From: Microcoleus sp.
GTDB lineage: Bacteria; Cyanobacteriota; Cyanobacteriia; Cyanobacteriales; Microcoleaceae
Assembly (NCBI GenBank): GCA_042408215.1
Contig: JAYFMW010000005.1
Coordinates: 1 to 64,000 of the forward strand
DNA: 64,000 nt
Direction of reading: 5' to 3'
Under the pieces are notes generated by a model. That model did no database searches. It was not told the origin of the DNA and saw only the letters and a list, made by a program, of their open reading frames with translations. Positions 49,419-60,200 of the stretch are shown here, piece after piece (within the stretch, counting starts at the first letter, position 1; each line of letters starts with the position of its first letter). The position numbers were made by a program, and so were the translations under genes.

Positions 49419-51056
49419 ATGGCAGCGCTGAATCGCTCTACTCTTCGTCGGCTACAAAACTTACCTCAAATTCCCAGCGTGTGGGAGGGCGATCGCCGAC
49501 CCTTATCTAATGCTGACTCACACATGATGCTAGAGGACGATGACGATCCTGAAGCTGGTGGCGAGTGCATTCTCTGGGTGGATGGCTCCGAAGGAGTCGT
49601 GAGGGCTATGGATATGGTAGGCCCAGATGCCGGCCCAGAGGCGATCGTCCGGGCCCTGCTACGCGCTATGGAACATCCCCAAAGTCCGGCTCCCGCAGTC
49701 CGTCCCCAAAAAATAGTAGTTAAAAACCGAGAAATTCAATTTTACTTGCGGGGCATACTTCAAGATTTAGGGATTGCGATCGACTACGTGCCGGAATTGC
49801 CCCTAATTGACGAAATATTTCGGGGAATGGAAGAGGTGGCTGGAACTAGGCCTCCCGAATTGCCCCCTCAGTATGCTGAAGTTTTAATGGAAAAAGCCGC
49901 TCAAATTTGGCACGACGCTCCTTGGCAGACTTTGGCCGAACACCAAATTATATCTATTGAAATTAATCAGTGGGATATCGCCACCCTTTACGTTTCAGTG
50001 TTGGGCCAGGGCAGAATGGATTACGGAGTTTTGCTGTATCGCTCCCTAGAATCCTTGAAGCGGTTTCGAGAGCGCGTCGTAAACGATAACTCTTTTGAAG
50101 ATTTAGAACAGGCTTTTTTAGGGCAAGACTGTTTGTTTCTCACCTTTGAAAGTGTCGAAGAGGTGGATGAGGATGACGAAGAAGAAATTGATTTAGCCGA
50201 TTTGCATCCATCGGAAATTGAACCGAATTTTGGCAACCTGCATCCTTTAGAAGGATTGCGATCGATTCTTTACGACGAAGAAGCCCTGACGATGTTAGTT
50301 GCTCTCGAAGCATTTCACCGCTTTTTCCGCAATAGCCGCCGCAAACTTGCAGCAGAGACATTTCCCACTCTCAGCAGCCGCTACCGCATCCCTGTTCCAG
50401 AGTCTGACACGGAAATTCAGCAAGTATCGGTTAAAGTTTCGACGATGCCTGATGTATCGGACGAATTGTGGCAGATGCTCGAAGACGAGGATGAGGATGA
50501 GGATGAATTTGAAATGCCGCTGCTGCGGGACGATTTGGTGCCACCAAATTCATTTTTGAGTCTCGGTGTCGTACCTTGGGAAACAGTGGAGTTTCTGCGT
50601 GGAAATGCACAATTTTACCAATCTGCGGAACTTGAAATTAATCCAGCCGGGGACGGTTTACCTGTGGTGATGATCCAAACTTCCCATCCGAAGGCAAAAA
50701 CTATGATTCAGGATTTGAAGGAAGCCGGAGGAGTGAAGGCAATTTGTTTTAATCCGGGCGAAGATCCTTTTCAAGATGAGCAATACGACTTGGGTATTTT
50801 GCAAGCTGAAAATAAGGAACTTTATTTGTTTGGCGAGTTTAATGAAGGCGATCCGGTGCATCAGGAAGCTCGTAAAAAGTGGGAGGATCGCTGTCAATTA
50901 ACCAAGGGTTGGTGCGGCTTGATTATTGCTAAAGGGTTGATGGGTGCTTCTCGTGGTCAGCCTCAGTTTAAGGACATGATAGCTTTGTTTGAGGTGCGGT
51001 GGCTGCCTGCTAAAGATTTAGGAATTGGGCCGCTTCAGTTGATGCCGATGTTTTGA
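49419..51056 (+). CDS. Conserved cyanobacterial hypothetical protein (acidic)
   Basis: 545-aa ORF with host-like composition and internal HIP1-like sites. Confidence 0.8.
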   Translation: MAALNRSTLRRLQNLPQIPSVWEGDRRPLSNADSHMMLEDDDDPEAGGECILWVDGSEGVVRAMDMVGPDAGPEAIVRALLRAMEHPQSPAPAVRPQKIVVKNREIQFYLRGILQDLGIAIDYVPELPLIDEIFRGMEEVAGTRPPELPPQYAEVLMEKAAQIWHDAPWQTLAEHQIISIEINQWDIATLYVSVLGQGRMDYGVLLYRSLESLKRFRERVVNDNSFEDLEQAFLGQDCLFLTFESVEEVDEDDEEEIDLADLHPSEIEPNFGNLHPLEGLRSILYDEEALTMLVALEAFHRFFRNSRRKLAAETFPTLSSRYRIPVPESDTEIQQVSVKVSTMPDVSDELWQMLEDEDEDEDEFEMPLLRDDLVPPNSFLSLGVVPWETVEFLRGNAQFYQSAELEINPAGDGLPVVMIQTSHPKAKTMIQDLKEAGGVKAICFNPGEDPFQDEQYDLGILQAENKELYLFGEFNEGDPVHQEARKKWEDRCQLTKGWCGLIIAKGLMGASRGQPQFKDMIALFEVRWLPAKDLGIGPLQLMPMF

Positions 51057-51060
51057 AGTT

Positions 51061-51240
51061 AGTTGACGGTTGACTGTTGACGGTTGACTGTTAACGGTTG
51101 ACTGTTGGTAGTTGGTAGTTGGCAGTTGGGAGTTGGCAGTTGGGAGTTGGCAGTTGGGAGTTGTTAATCGCTTGCGGCTGCTCATAACTAATAACTACTA
51201 ACCAATAACATTATTCAGCAGTCAACTGTCAACTGTCAAC
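51061..51240. repeat. Heptamer tracts (GTTGACG/GTTGACT)n, (GTTGGGA/GTTGGCA)n and inverted (GTCAACT)n
   Basis: Visible tandem heptamers. Confidence 0.85.
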
Positions 51241-51274
51241 ATTCATTTTTTTTAAATTTTAATTATTCAGGAGA

Positions 51275-51535
51275 ATGATTGTGTCAAATTCTAATCTAAA
51301 GCGAGAAGTGTTAGTTGCCCTTGATGCCGAATTTGCGGATAAAATCGACAAGCTTACGGATAATTGGACGGAGGCGATCGAACAAGCTCTCCGTCTCTGG
51401 TACGCTAAGCAAATAGAAGATAAGTTGCGGAAGTTTTATCAAAACCGCAGCCAAGAAGATATTGAGTTTGAGGAAGAATGGGCAACATTTGCTCAGTCAC
51501 AAATGGAAGAAATTTTAATAGAGGAAGGTCTTTGA
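51275..51535 (+). CDS. Putative antitoxin of MazF/PemK
   Basis: Small ORF with acidic C-terminus directly upstream of the toxin. Confidence 0.7.
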   Translation: MIVSNSNLKREVLVALDAEFADKIDKLTDNWTEAIEQALRLWYAKQIEDKLRKFYQNRSQEDIEFEEEWATFAQSQMEEILIEEGL

Positions 51536-51539
51536 TACA

Positions 51540-51896
51540 ATGACAGAAACTTATCCGCGACAAGGCGAAGTTTATCTTGTTAGAGCTTTGGGAACGATCG
51601 GAGATACCAAAAAGCGTCCTGTTGCTGTCATTTCCATAGATAGTCGCAATGAATTCAGCCGTACTGTACCGATAGTCCCTTTTACTAGCGATTTGAGAGG
51701 GGGCGAAACTCCGACTAGGGTTTTGATTCCTGCTGGTGAAGGAGGGTTAGAATCGGACTCACTGGCTGTCTGCGAACAAATTCTAGCTGTCCAAAAGACG
51801 TTTTTAGAACAAGGCCCTTATGGTCAAATTAGTGCTGTGTCTTTGGCAAGAATTCAGAGGGCGGTACAAGTGTCGATCGGCATTTACGAACTTTAA
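51540..51896 (+). CDS. MazF/PemK-family toxin
   Basis: PRQGEVYLV...KKRPVAVIS...VPFTS...SLAVCEQI. Confidence 0.9.
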   Translation: MTETYPRQGEVYLVRALGTIGDTKKRPVAVISIDSRNEFSRTVPIVPFTSDLRGGETPTRVLIPAGEGGLESDSLAVCEQILAVQKTFLEQGPYGQISAVSLARIQRAVQVSIGIYEL

Positions 51897-51941
51897 TAAT
51901 ATTTCTAATATTCTAAAATTTGTTACTAAGCATCAGCCCAA

Positions 51942-52008
51942 AGAAACCGGGTTTTTTACCTAATCTGTCGGCTACAAGGAAGGATTGAAGTAAAAAAACC
52001 CGGTTTCT
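51942..52008. repeat. Single AGAAACCGGG hairpin unit
   Basis: AGAAACCGGGTTTTTT ... AAAAAACCCGGTTTCT. Confidence 0.8.
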
Positions 52009-52099
52009 GACCATCGGTGCGTCCAGGACTAGAACTTTAATATTCCCGATCTTCTAAAATTTGTTACAATTTGTAAAAATACTGTAAAGGATAGGTAAA

Positions 52100-53536
52100 A
52101 TGCGGGTTGCGATCGCAGGTGCGGGACTGGCTGGAATGACAACAGCCGTCGATTTAGTGGATGCAGGCCACCAAGTAGAAATTTTTGAATCCCGTCCCTT
52201 TGTAGGCGGCAAAGTCAGCAGTTGGGTAGATCCCGATGGTAATCACGTTGAAATGGGTTTGCACGTCTTCTTCGGCTGCTATTATAACTTATTTGCACTG
52301 ATGAAAAAAGTGGGAGCTTTTGACGATTTGCTCCTCAAAGAACACGTCCACACTTTTATTAATAGAGGTGGCGAAACTGGGAGTTTAGATTTTCGCTTCC
52401 CGGTGGGTGCTCCTTTGCACGGCTTGAAAGCATTTTTCACTACATCTCAGCTATCGGTACAGGACAAAATCCAAAATTCGATCGCCCTGGGAACTAGCCC
52501 CATCGTCCGAGGTTTGATCGACTTTGATGGAGCAATGAAAACCATCCGCAATTTGGATAAAATTAGTTTTGCTGACTGGTTTCGCAGCCACGGCGGCAAC
52601 CAAAACTCCCTCAAAAGGATGTGGAATCCGATCGCCTACGCCCTGGGTTTTATCGACACCGAAAATATTTCTGCCCGGTGTATGTTGACAATCTTTCAAT
52701 TCTTTGCTACCAAAACAGAAGCATCAATGATGCGAATGTTGGCTGGTTCTCCCAAGGAATATTTGCACAAACCAATTGTGGAATATTTGGAAAGCAAAGG
52801 CACGAAAATTCACACGCGACGCAGAGTGCGAGAAATTCAGTTTCAAGCAGGTGAAGAAACTCGCGTAACCGGTCTTGCAATAGCTAGCGGCGAAACCGAA
52901 GAAATTATTACGGCAGATGCTTATGTTTTTGCATTAGATGTGCCGGGAATTCAGAAAATATTGCCGACCGCTTGGCGGAAATGGTCGGAATTTGACAAGA
53001 TTTACAAATTGGATACTGTGCCGGTAGCGACAGTCCAATTGCGCTTTGACGGTTGGGTAACGGAACTTGAAGATGAAGCGAAGCGTAAACAATTAAGTCA
53101 TGCTGTAGGCATTGATAATTTGCTATATTCAGCAGATGCAGATTTTTCCTGTTTTGCTGATTTGGCCCTGACGAGTCCCAAGGATTATTATAAAGAAGGA
53201 GAAGGTTCGCTGTTGCAGTTGGTGTTGACACCTGGAGATCCGTTTATTAAACAAAGCAATGAGGCGATCGCCCAACACGTACTCAAGCAAGTTCAGGATT
53301 TATTCCCATCAGCGCGGGAATTAAACATGACTTGGTATAGTGTAGTTAAGCTCGCTCAATCTCTCTATCGCGAAGCACCGGGAATGGATGTTTATCGCCC
53401 TGCTCAAAAAACTCCGATCGCCAATTTCTTTCTAGCAGGAAGTTACACTCAGCAAGACTATATTGATAGCATGGAAGGAGCAACTCTTTCAGGGCATCAA
53501 GCGGCTAAGGCAATTCTTGAAGCTTACAGTCATTAG
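52100..53536 (+). CDS. zds: 9,9'-di-cis-zeta-carotene desaturase
   Basis: [23 protein letters not shown] and [14 protein letters not shown] motifs; followed by an SRPBCC gene. Confidence 0.95.
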   Translation: MRVAIAGAGLAGMTTAVDLVDAGHQVEIFESRPFVGGKVSSWVDPDGNHVEMGLHVFFGCYYNLFALMKKVGAFDDLLLKEHVHTFINRGGETGSLDFRFPVGAPLHGLKAFFTTSQLSVQDKIQNSIALGTSPIVRGLIDFDGAMKTIRNLDKISFADWFRSHGGNQNSLKRMWNPIAYALGFIDTENISARCMLTIFQFFATKTEASMMRMLAGSPKEYLHKPIVEYLESKGTKIHTRRRVREIQFQAGEETRVTGLAIASGETEEIITADAYVFALDVPGIQKILPTAWRKWSEFDKIYKLDTVPVATVQLRFDGWVTELEDEAKRKQLSHAVGIDNLLYSADADFSCFADLALTSPKDYYKEGEGSLLQLVLTPGDPFIKQSNEAIAQHVLKQVQDLFPSARELNMTWYSVVKLAQSLYREAPGMDVYRPAQKTPIANFFLAGSYTQQDYIDSMEGATLSGHQAAKAILEAYSH

Positions 53537-53950
53537 TCATGAGTCATTAGTCATTAGTCATGAGTCATTAGTCATTAGTCATTAGTCATGAGTCATTAGT
53601 CATTAGTCATTAGTCATGAGTCATTAGTCATTAGTCATTAGTCATTAGTCCTCTCGATCCCCCCTAACCCCCCTTAATAAGGGGGGGACAGGAGCGTTAT
53701 CAAAGTCACCCCCTACTCCCCTTAATAAGGGGAGTAGGGGGTGGGACAAGAGTGTTCTCTTTCGTCCCTTAATCAGGGGAGTAGGGGGTGGGACAAGAGT
53801 GTTCTCAAAGTCTGCCTTAAGAAGTGGGGGGGACAAGAGTGTTCTCAAAGTCACCCCCTACTCCCCTTATTAAGGGGGATTTAGGGGGATCTAGACTCGA
53901 CAACAAACGAGAAATCAAAAATCAAAAATCAAAAATCAAAAATCAAAAAT
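53528..53950. repeat. (AGTCATT/AGTCATG)n tract, CCCCCTT/AAGGGGG cluster and (AAATCAA)n tract
   Basis: Visible tandem and dispersed repeats. Confidence 0.85.
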
Positions 53951-53953
53951 CCC

Positions 53954-54400
53954 ATGACTAATTGGTTAGAACATAGCGTACAAGTAGAAGTTGCAATTCC
54001 CATCGAATTAGCGTGGACACTTTGGTCTGACTTAGAGCAAATGCCGCGCTGGATGAAGTGGATTGAATCAGTTCGCATTCTCGAAGAAAACCCAGATTTG
54101 TCTCGCTGGAAACTCGCAACGGGTGGCTTGGAATTTAGCTGGCTTTCTCGGATTTTAAAGTTAACACCGAATCAGATTATGCAGTGGGAATCGGTGGACG
54201 GTTTGCCAAATCGAGGTGCGGTGCGGTTTTACGATCGCAAAAACAGCAGCATTGTCAAACTAACGGTAGCCTATGGAATTCCCGGCTGGCTGGCGAAATT
54301 GATGGACAATTCCTTTGTGGGGCGCGTAGTTGAATCAACACTTCAAGCAGATTTAGAGAGGTTTAAAGAGTACGCCCTCAAAGTCAAAGCAACATCCTAG
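53954..54400 (+). CDS. SRPBCC (cyclase/dehydrase) family protein
   Basis: WSDLEQMPRWMKWI and QWESVDGLPNRGAVRF motifs. Confidence 0.88.
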   Translation: MTNWLEHSVQVEVAIPIELAWTLWSDLEQMPRWMKWIESVRILEENPDLSRWKLATGGLEFSWLSRILKLTPNQIMQWESVDGLPNRGAVRFYDRKNSSIVKLTVAYGIPGWLAKLMDNSFVGRVVESTLQADLERFKEYALKVKATS

Positions 54401-54608
54401 AAAGCAAAGGCACTTATTGAGAAGCCAGAAGGCAGAATTAAAGCAAGATTTTGCCTTGATTGCGTTCTTTAGGAAGTTGGAGTTAATTACAAATTAAAAA
54501 TTAACAGTATTAACAGTAGTGGGGACAAATAATTTTTAATTGTAACGCTAGGCTCGATCGCCCTTTTGCATCAGTATCATAGAAATATGCCGCCTAGCCT
54601 TGTCAATT

Positions 54609-56798
54609 ATGAGTTACTGTCTCAACCCCGCTTGTCAAAATCCCCAAAATGCCGATCGCACCCAATTTTGCCTAAGTTGCGGCTCCAAACTCTTGCTCAG
54701 AGAGCGTTACCGCGCCATCAAACCCCTGGGGCGAGGCGGTTTTGGCCGCACTTTTTTAGCAATAGATGAGGACAAACCCTCCAAACCCCGCTGCGCCATC
54801 AAACAATTTTTCCCCTTATCCCAAGGTACTAGCAGCGCCGAGAAAGCAGCAGAATTATTCAACCGAGAAGCCGTGCGGCTCGATGAATTGGGAAAACACC
54901 CACAAATTCCCGAATTGCTGGCACACTTTCAGCAGGAAAGCTATCAGTATTTGGTGCAGGAATTTATAGAAGGTCAAAATTTACAGGAAGAATTGACGCG
55001 GAATGGGGCTTTTAGCGAAAATCAGATTCGTAGTTTGCTGAATGATTTATTACCAGTATTGGAGTTTGTACACTCACGCAGTGTAATTCACCGAGATATT
55101 AAACCACCAAATATTATCCGGCGTCGCAGCATTCAACCTTCAATTATTTATACTTACCCAACATTAACGGGGGAATTAGTTTTAGTTGATTTTGGGGCAG
55201 CAAAAGTTGTCGAACCTTCGATAGATATCGGTACTGTCATCGGTTCTCCCGAATTTGTCGCGCCGGAACAAATTCGAGGTCAAGCGGTTTTTGCCAGCGA
55301 TTTGTATAGTTTGGGAGTAACTTGCATTTATTTGTTGACTCAAGTATCTCCTTTTGATTTGTTTGATATCAATCAGGATACTTGGGTTTGGCGAGACTTT
55401 TTGAAGGTGCAAATTGATCCGAAATTGGGCCGCATCCTTGATAAAATGATCGAACCGAGTCTCAGTCGTCGCTACAAATCTGTGGCTGAGGTACTCCAAG
55501 ATTTGCCACCGCAGCAGTCGGCGGGGGCGGGTACGGGGGCACCGCAGCAGAGGGCGGGTACGGGGGCACCGCAGCAGAGGGCGGGCACGGGGGCACCGCA
55601 GCAGTCGGCGGGCACGGGGGCACCGCAGCAGAGGGCGGGCACGGGGGCACCGCAGCAGAGGGCGGGCACGGGGGCACCGCAGCAGAGGGCGGGCACGGGG
55701 GCACCGCAGCAGAGGGCGGGCACGGGGGCACCGCCCCTACAAGGGCCTGTAATTCCTGTGCAGAATTCACTACCACCAACGGTTGCAGGCACTATTATAC
55801 CTGTGCCACAGATGCAGCGGGTTGTGCCGGCACACGCGCCCACTTGGAGGTGCGTTCATACTCTGGTAGGGCATTTAAATGCTGTCACATCGGTAGCTTT
55901 CAGTCCTGATGGCCAAACTTTAGCCAGTGGTAGCGAGGACAAGACGATTGAGATGTGGAAGTTGGACGCGGGAAAGCGGTGGTACACTCTCACGGGTCAT
56001 TCTGACTGGGTGACTTGTGTGGCTTTTTGTCCTGATGGCCGGACTTTGGCTAGCAGTGGCCGGGATAAAACTATTCAAATTTGGGATTTGAATAAGGGTA
56101 AGTGGTGGTACGCTTTGACTGGTCATTCTGACAGGGTTTCTGCTGTGGCGTTTAGCCCGAATGGTCAGGTTTTGGCTAGCAGCAGTCGGGACAAAACTGT
56201 GCGGTTGTGGAATTTGAATAAGGGTAAATTGATGTCTACTTTGACTGGTCACGCTGAGGGGGTGGAAGCGGTGGCTTTTAGTGCTGGTGGGGAGTTTTTG
56301 GCTAGCGCTAGTCGGGACAAGACTGTGCGGTTGTGGGATTGGCCAAGTGGCCGATCGCTTTGTACTTTAGCAGAGCATGGGGATTGGGTGCGATCGACTG
56401 TTTTTGCTTCGACCCCCCCCAGCCAGGGCGGGCACGGGGGCACCGCCCCTACAAGGGGGGGAGTAGGAGGTGGGTCAATTTTGGCGACGGGAAGTCGCGA
56501 TGGTACGGCGAAACTTTGGCGGGTGGATGCTGGGGGGCGAGGGATGCTGCTGCGAAGTATGAGGGATAATTCTGGGGATGTTTTGTGTGTGGCTTTGAGC
56601 CCGGATGGTCGGGTTTTGGCGACGGGGAGTCGGGATGGTACGATTTATTTGTGGGATGCTGAGGGCGGGGGTTTGCTGGAAATTCTGTCTGGGCACGGGG
56701 GGGAGGTTTTGTCGGTGGGGTTTAGTGCTGATGGGGGGAGTTTGGCTAGCGGTGGGGCCGATCGCACTGTGAAGATTTGGCGGGCGATCGGCAATTAG
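54609..56798 (+). CDS. Ser/Thr kinase with C-terminal WD40 repeats and repeat-derived linker
   Basis: MSYCLNPAC zinc-ribbon start, HRDIKPPN, DFG; seven WD40 repeats; (AGTGAPQQR) x8. Confidence 0.93.
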   Translation: MSYCLNPACQNPQNADRTQFCLSCGSKLLLRERYRAIKPLGRGGFGRTFLAIDEDKPSKPRCAIKQFFPLSQGTSSAEKAAELFNREAVRLDELGKHPQIPELLAHFQQESYQYLVQEFIEGQNLQEELTRNGAFSENQIRSLLNDLLPVLEFVHSRSVIHRDIKPPNIIRRRSIQPSIIYTYPTLTGELVLVDFGAAKVVEPSIDIGTVIGSPEFVAPEQIRGQAVFASDLYSLGVTCIYLLTQVSPFDLFDINQDTWVWRDFLKVQIDPKLGRILDKMIEPSLSRRYKSVAEVLQDLPPQQSAGAGTGAPQQRAGTGAPQQRAGTGAPQQSAGTGAPQQRAGTGAPQQRAGTGAPQQRAGTGAPQQRAGTGAPPLQGPVIPVQNSLPPTVAGTIIPVPQMQRVVPAHAPTWRCVHTLVGHLNAVTSVAFSPDGQTLASGSEDKTIEMWKLDAGKRWYTLTGHSDWVTCVAFCPDGRTLASSGRDKTIQIWDLNKGKWWYALTGHSDRVSAVAFSPNGQVLASSSRDKTVRLWNLNKGKLMSTLTGHAEGVEAVAFSAGGEFLASASRDKTVRLWDWPSGRSLCTLAEHGDWVRSTVFASTPPSQGGHGGTAPTRGGVGGGSILATGSRDGTAKLWRVDAGGRGMLLRSMRDNSGDVLCVALSPDGRVLATGSRDGTIYLWDAEGGGLLEILSGHGGEVLSVGFSADGGSLASGGADRTVKIWRAIGN

Positions 56799-56818
56799 GG
56801 GAAATTTAATTTTTATGC

Positions 56819-56848
56819 TTGACAGGCGATCGAAGGTTGTGCTACATT
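56819..56848 (+). promoter_or_regulatory. Promoter of tRNA-Val
   Basis: TTGACA, 18-bp spacer, TACATT, 12 bp before the tRNA. Confidence 0.6.
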
Positions 56849-56860
56849 AGGAATTCGTGA

Positions 56861-56934
<74 letters not shown>

Positions 56935-57247
56935 TAGATAAAACCAGAGTTTACGAGTCCGGTTTCGCTTCGGCGGTTGATGCTGTGGTGGGATTTAAAA
57001 GGGCGATCGATCTGGTAGAGTTTAGTATGGTAAGGGATCGCATCTTTAATGTCTGGTTAGCTTGTGATTCCGGTTTGGTGCGATCGGATGGATCAGCGTT
57101 TGGCGGGTGGTTGAGGGGGTAAGTGCGATCGGGCACAGTCTGCTTCCCCCCAGGGTTCACCTAGATACAGATGTTCATATCACCTAGCTAATGGGTTGCT
57201 TGTGGTTGTCCAAAAATCAGAAACTTAATAATTTGGGGAGACATAGA

Positions 57248-60200
57248 ATGTCTACAAGAATTGAAGAAGTTAAGAAGCAGTTATCTAGTCAAAGTGAGCA
57301 AGAAAGACTTGCTGCTTTATCAGAAACTCTCAATTATGGTCAACAAGGTTTAGAACTTTTGATTGAACAGTCTATCAAAGATCAATCAGACAGAGTTAAA
57401 CAATTTGCCTACAGAATTTTTCGGGGTGATACTTCTTATTTTAGGGCCAATACACCAGAAAACTTAACAACTTCCCCAACAGATGTTATTACTTCTCTGG
57501 CAATAAGTCCAGATAATACTATTTTAGTAGGAGGGAGTTGGCAAAAAATTTGGGTATGGAATTTGCAAAGCGGGGCAATAATTCGTACTATTGAAGGACA
57601 TTCGCACTGGGTTTTGTCTGTTGCTATTAGTCCTGATGGAAATACATTAGTTACCGGAAGTGCAGACAAAACTATTAAGGTATGGAATTTAAAAACTGGG
57701 CAAATTATTCACACGCTTAATGGTCATTCTAGTTGGATTACTGCTGTTGATATCGCTGCTGATGGAAAAACAATTGTTAGCGGTAGCACAGATAAAACCC
57801 TCAAAATATGGGAGCTAAATACAGGTAAGCTAAGTAAAACCATAAAAAATGAAAAGGAACTATCTTGTGTTTTGAGCTTATGTATGAGCCATGATGGAAA
57901 AGTGATCGCTTGTGGAAGCACTAATAATAAAATCACCTTATGGAATTTAGATAGCGGTCAACTCATACGCAGTATTGAAGGACATTCAGCTTGGATTCAA
58001 TCTTTAAGTATTACTTCAGACAACACAACCTTAATTAGTGGAAGTCGTGATGGTGTTGTCAAATTTTGGCAATCCAAAACTGAAGAAGTCTCTTCAAATC
58101 AATCAGGTTCAGTTTTGGGTACAGGTTTACTAGATGTAGCAGCTACTGTAGCAGGATTTTCATTAGGAGGGCCTCTAGCTGTAGGGGCTTGGGTTTTAGG
58201 TAGAATTATTGTTGCCGAATTAGATAATAAAAATTTGCCTACGTTACCTCTTCAAAATTTAGAATGCACCAAGACTTACCCAAATAATCAATCAATTAAT
58301 TCTCTAACTTGTCATGTCAATCAAAATATACTTGTCGTCGGTTTTTCCAAAAACATTAAAATCTTTGACTTAAAAGATCATAGAATCATCTACACTTTAC
58401 CAGAACAACCCGGTTTTATTAGCTCTGTAGCAGTTAGTCCTAATGGAAAAACTCTTGCTGTTGCAGGGAAAGATTGGGTAACATTGTTGAAGCCAGAAAC
58501 AGGAAAACCACTTCATGCTATTAAGGGATGTTCTTATCCAAAACTAAGCAAGATTGTGATTTTAGAATCTTCCCAAGAACTTTTCTATGGTCAATCTAAA
58601 CATTTTACTGTTAAAGGTTTCGACCAGAATAATAGAGAGATGAGCCTTAACAATACAGATGTTAAATGGGAAACTACCGGAGGGAAAATCGAACAAGGTT
58701 TATTTACAGCCGGTCAACGAGAAGGAAGATTTGAAGTTAAAGCAAAGATAGGCATTTTTGAGGCTTCTGTCACAATTACTATTATTCAGCCTCCTAGAAT
58801 CCGTGAGATTTCTGTTACTCCTTCTAGGATTAATTTAGAGTTTGGTAAAACTCAACAATTTACAGCACAAGTTTTAGATCAACGAAAAAATCCCATGCAG
58901 GAAACTGTATTATGGGAAGTAAGCGGAGGCGGAACGATTGACCAAAACGGCAATTTTGTAGCTGGAAGTGAGGCAGATAAATTTGAAATCATAGCTTCAG
59001 CCGGTTCAATTGTGCGACTTATTCCCATTACTATTATTGCTCCTCGCAAGCTAGATAAACTGATTATTACATCTTCAATAGATCAATTAGAGTTTGGGCA
59101 GAGTTTTCAGTTTCAAGTAAAAGGCAAAGATCAGTATGGTGACAATATCCAAACTGGAGCAATTAGTTGGTCAGTAAGTAATAGAGGAGGAAGCATTGAT
59201 CAAAATGGCAATTTTGTAGCTGGAAAAGAAGCAGATGAATTTGAAATTATCGCTTCAGTCAGTTCAATTCGTCGAGTTATCCCTATTACGATTATTGAAC
59301 CTCCGAGGCTAACAGAACTAATTGTTACATCCTCAATATCTCAATTAGAGTTTGGGCAGAGTTTTCAATTTCAAGTTAAGGGAGTAGATCAGTATGGTAA
59401 CAACATACAAGCTGGAAAAGTTACGTGGTCAGCAATTAGTGGAAACATTGATAATCGGGGTAGATTTTATGCGGGCGACCGAGAAGACACTGTTATTATT
59501 AAAGCCAGTGTAGGGACAATTGAAACTTCCACTGAAGTTAAAGTTTACGAACCTTCTCGGTTAACTTTCCTAGATATTTTCCCTTCATCTGTTACTTTAG
59601 AACCAGGAAAAAGTCAAATATTTAATCTGGTTGCTTTAAATCAACGAGGTGAAGAAATATCTGTCAGTGATATAGAATGGAATGCAACAGACGGATTTAT
59701 TGATCAAAATGGCAATTTTTCTAGTGGAGAACAGCAAAAAGGTGATTGTCAAGTCACTGTCAATGTGGGACATTTAAGAGCTAAGGCGGAAGTTACTGTT
59801 ATTCCTGTTCTGAGAGGGATAAAAATATCTCCTGAACAGGTAGAAATTAAACCAGAAGAAGCATTTACTTTTACTGTAACTGGATTCGATCAGGTCGGCG
59901 ATCCTTTAGACATAATGAATGTTATATGGACGACTACTAATGGTGGCTCAATTACTGATAAAGGTGATTTTAAAGGCAATTATAACAAGCGCGAAGTTAC
60001 TGTCACCGCAAAATCGGGAAAATTTAGCAATACAGCTAAAGTGATTCTCCTACCTGTCTTAAAACGTTTAGAAGTTCAACCTGGTTTTGTTTATCTTAAA
60101 TCAAGCGAACAGCAAACATTTGTTGCTAAAGGATTCGATCAATTCGGCTCTCCCATCGTGGCCGATGAGGTTTATTGGGAAACAACCGGAGGTAAAATTG

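Noticed and set aside
52060..52090. NtcA site upstream of zds
   Set aside because: GTA and TAC half-sites are not spaced as GTA-N8-TAC.
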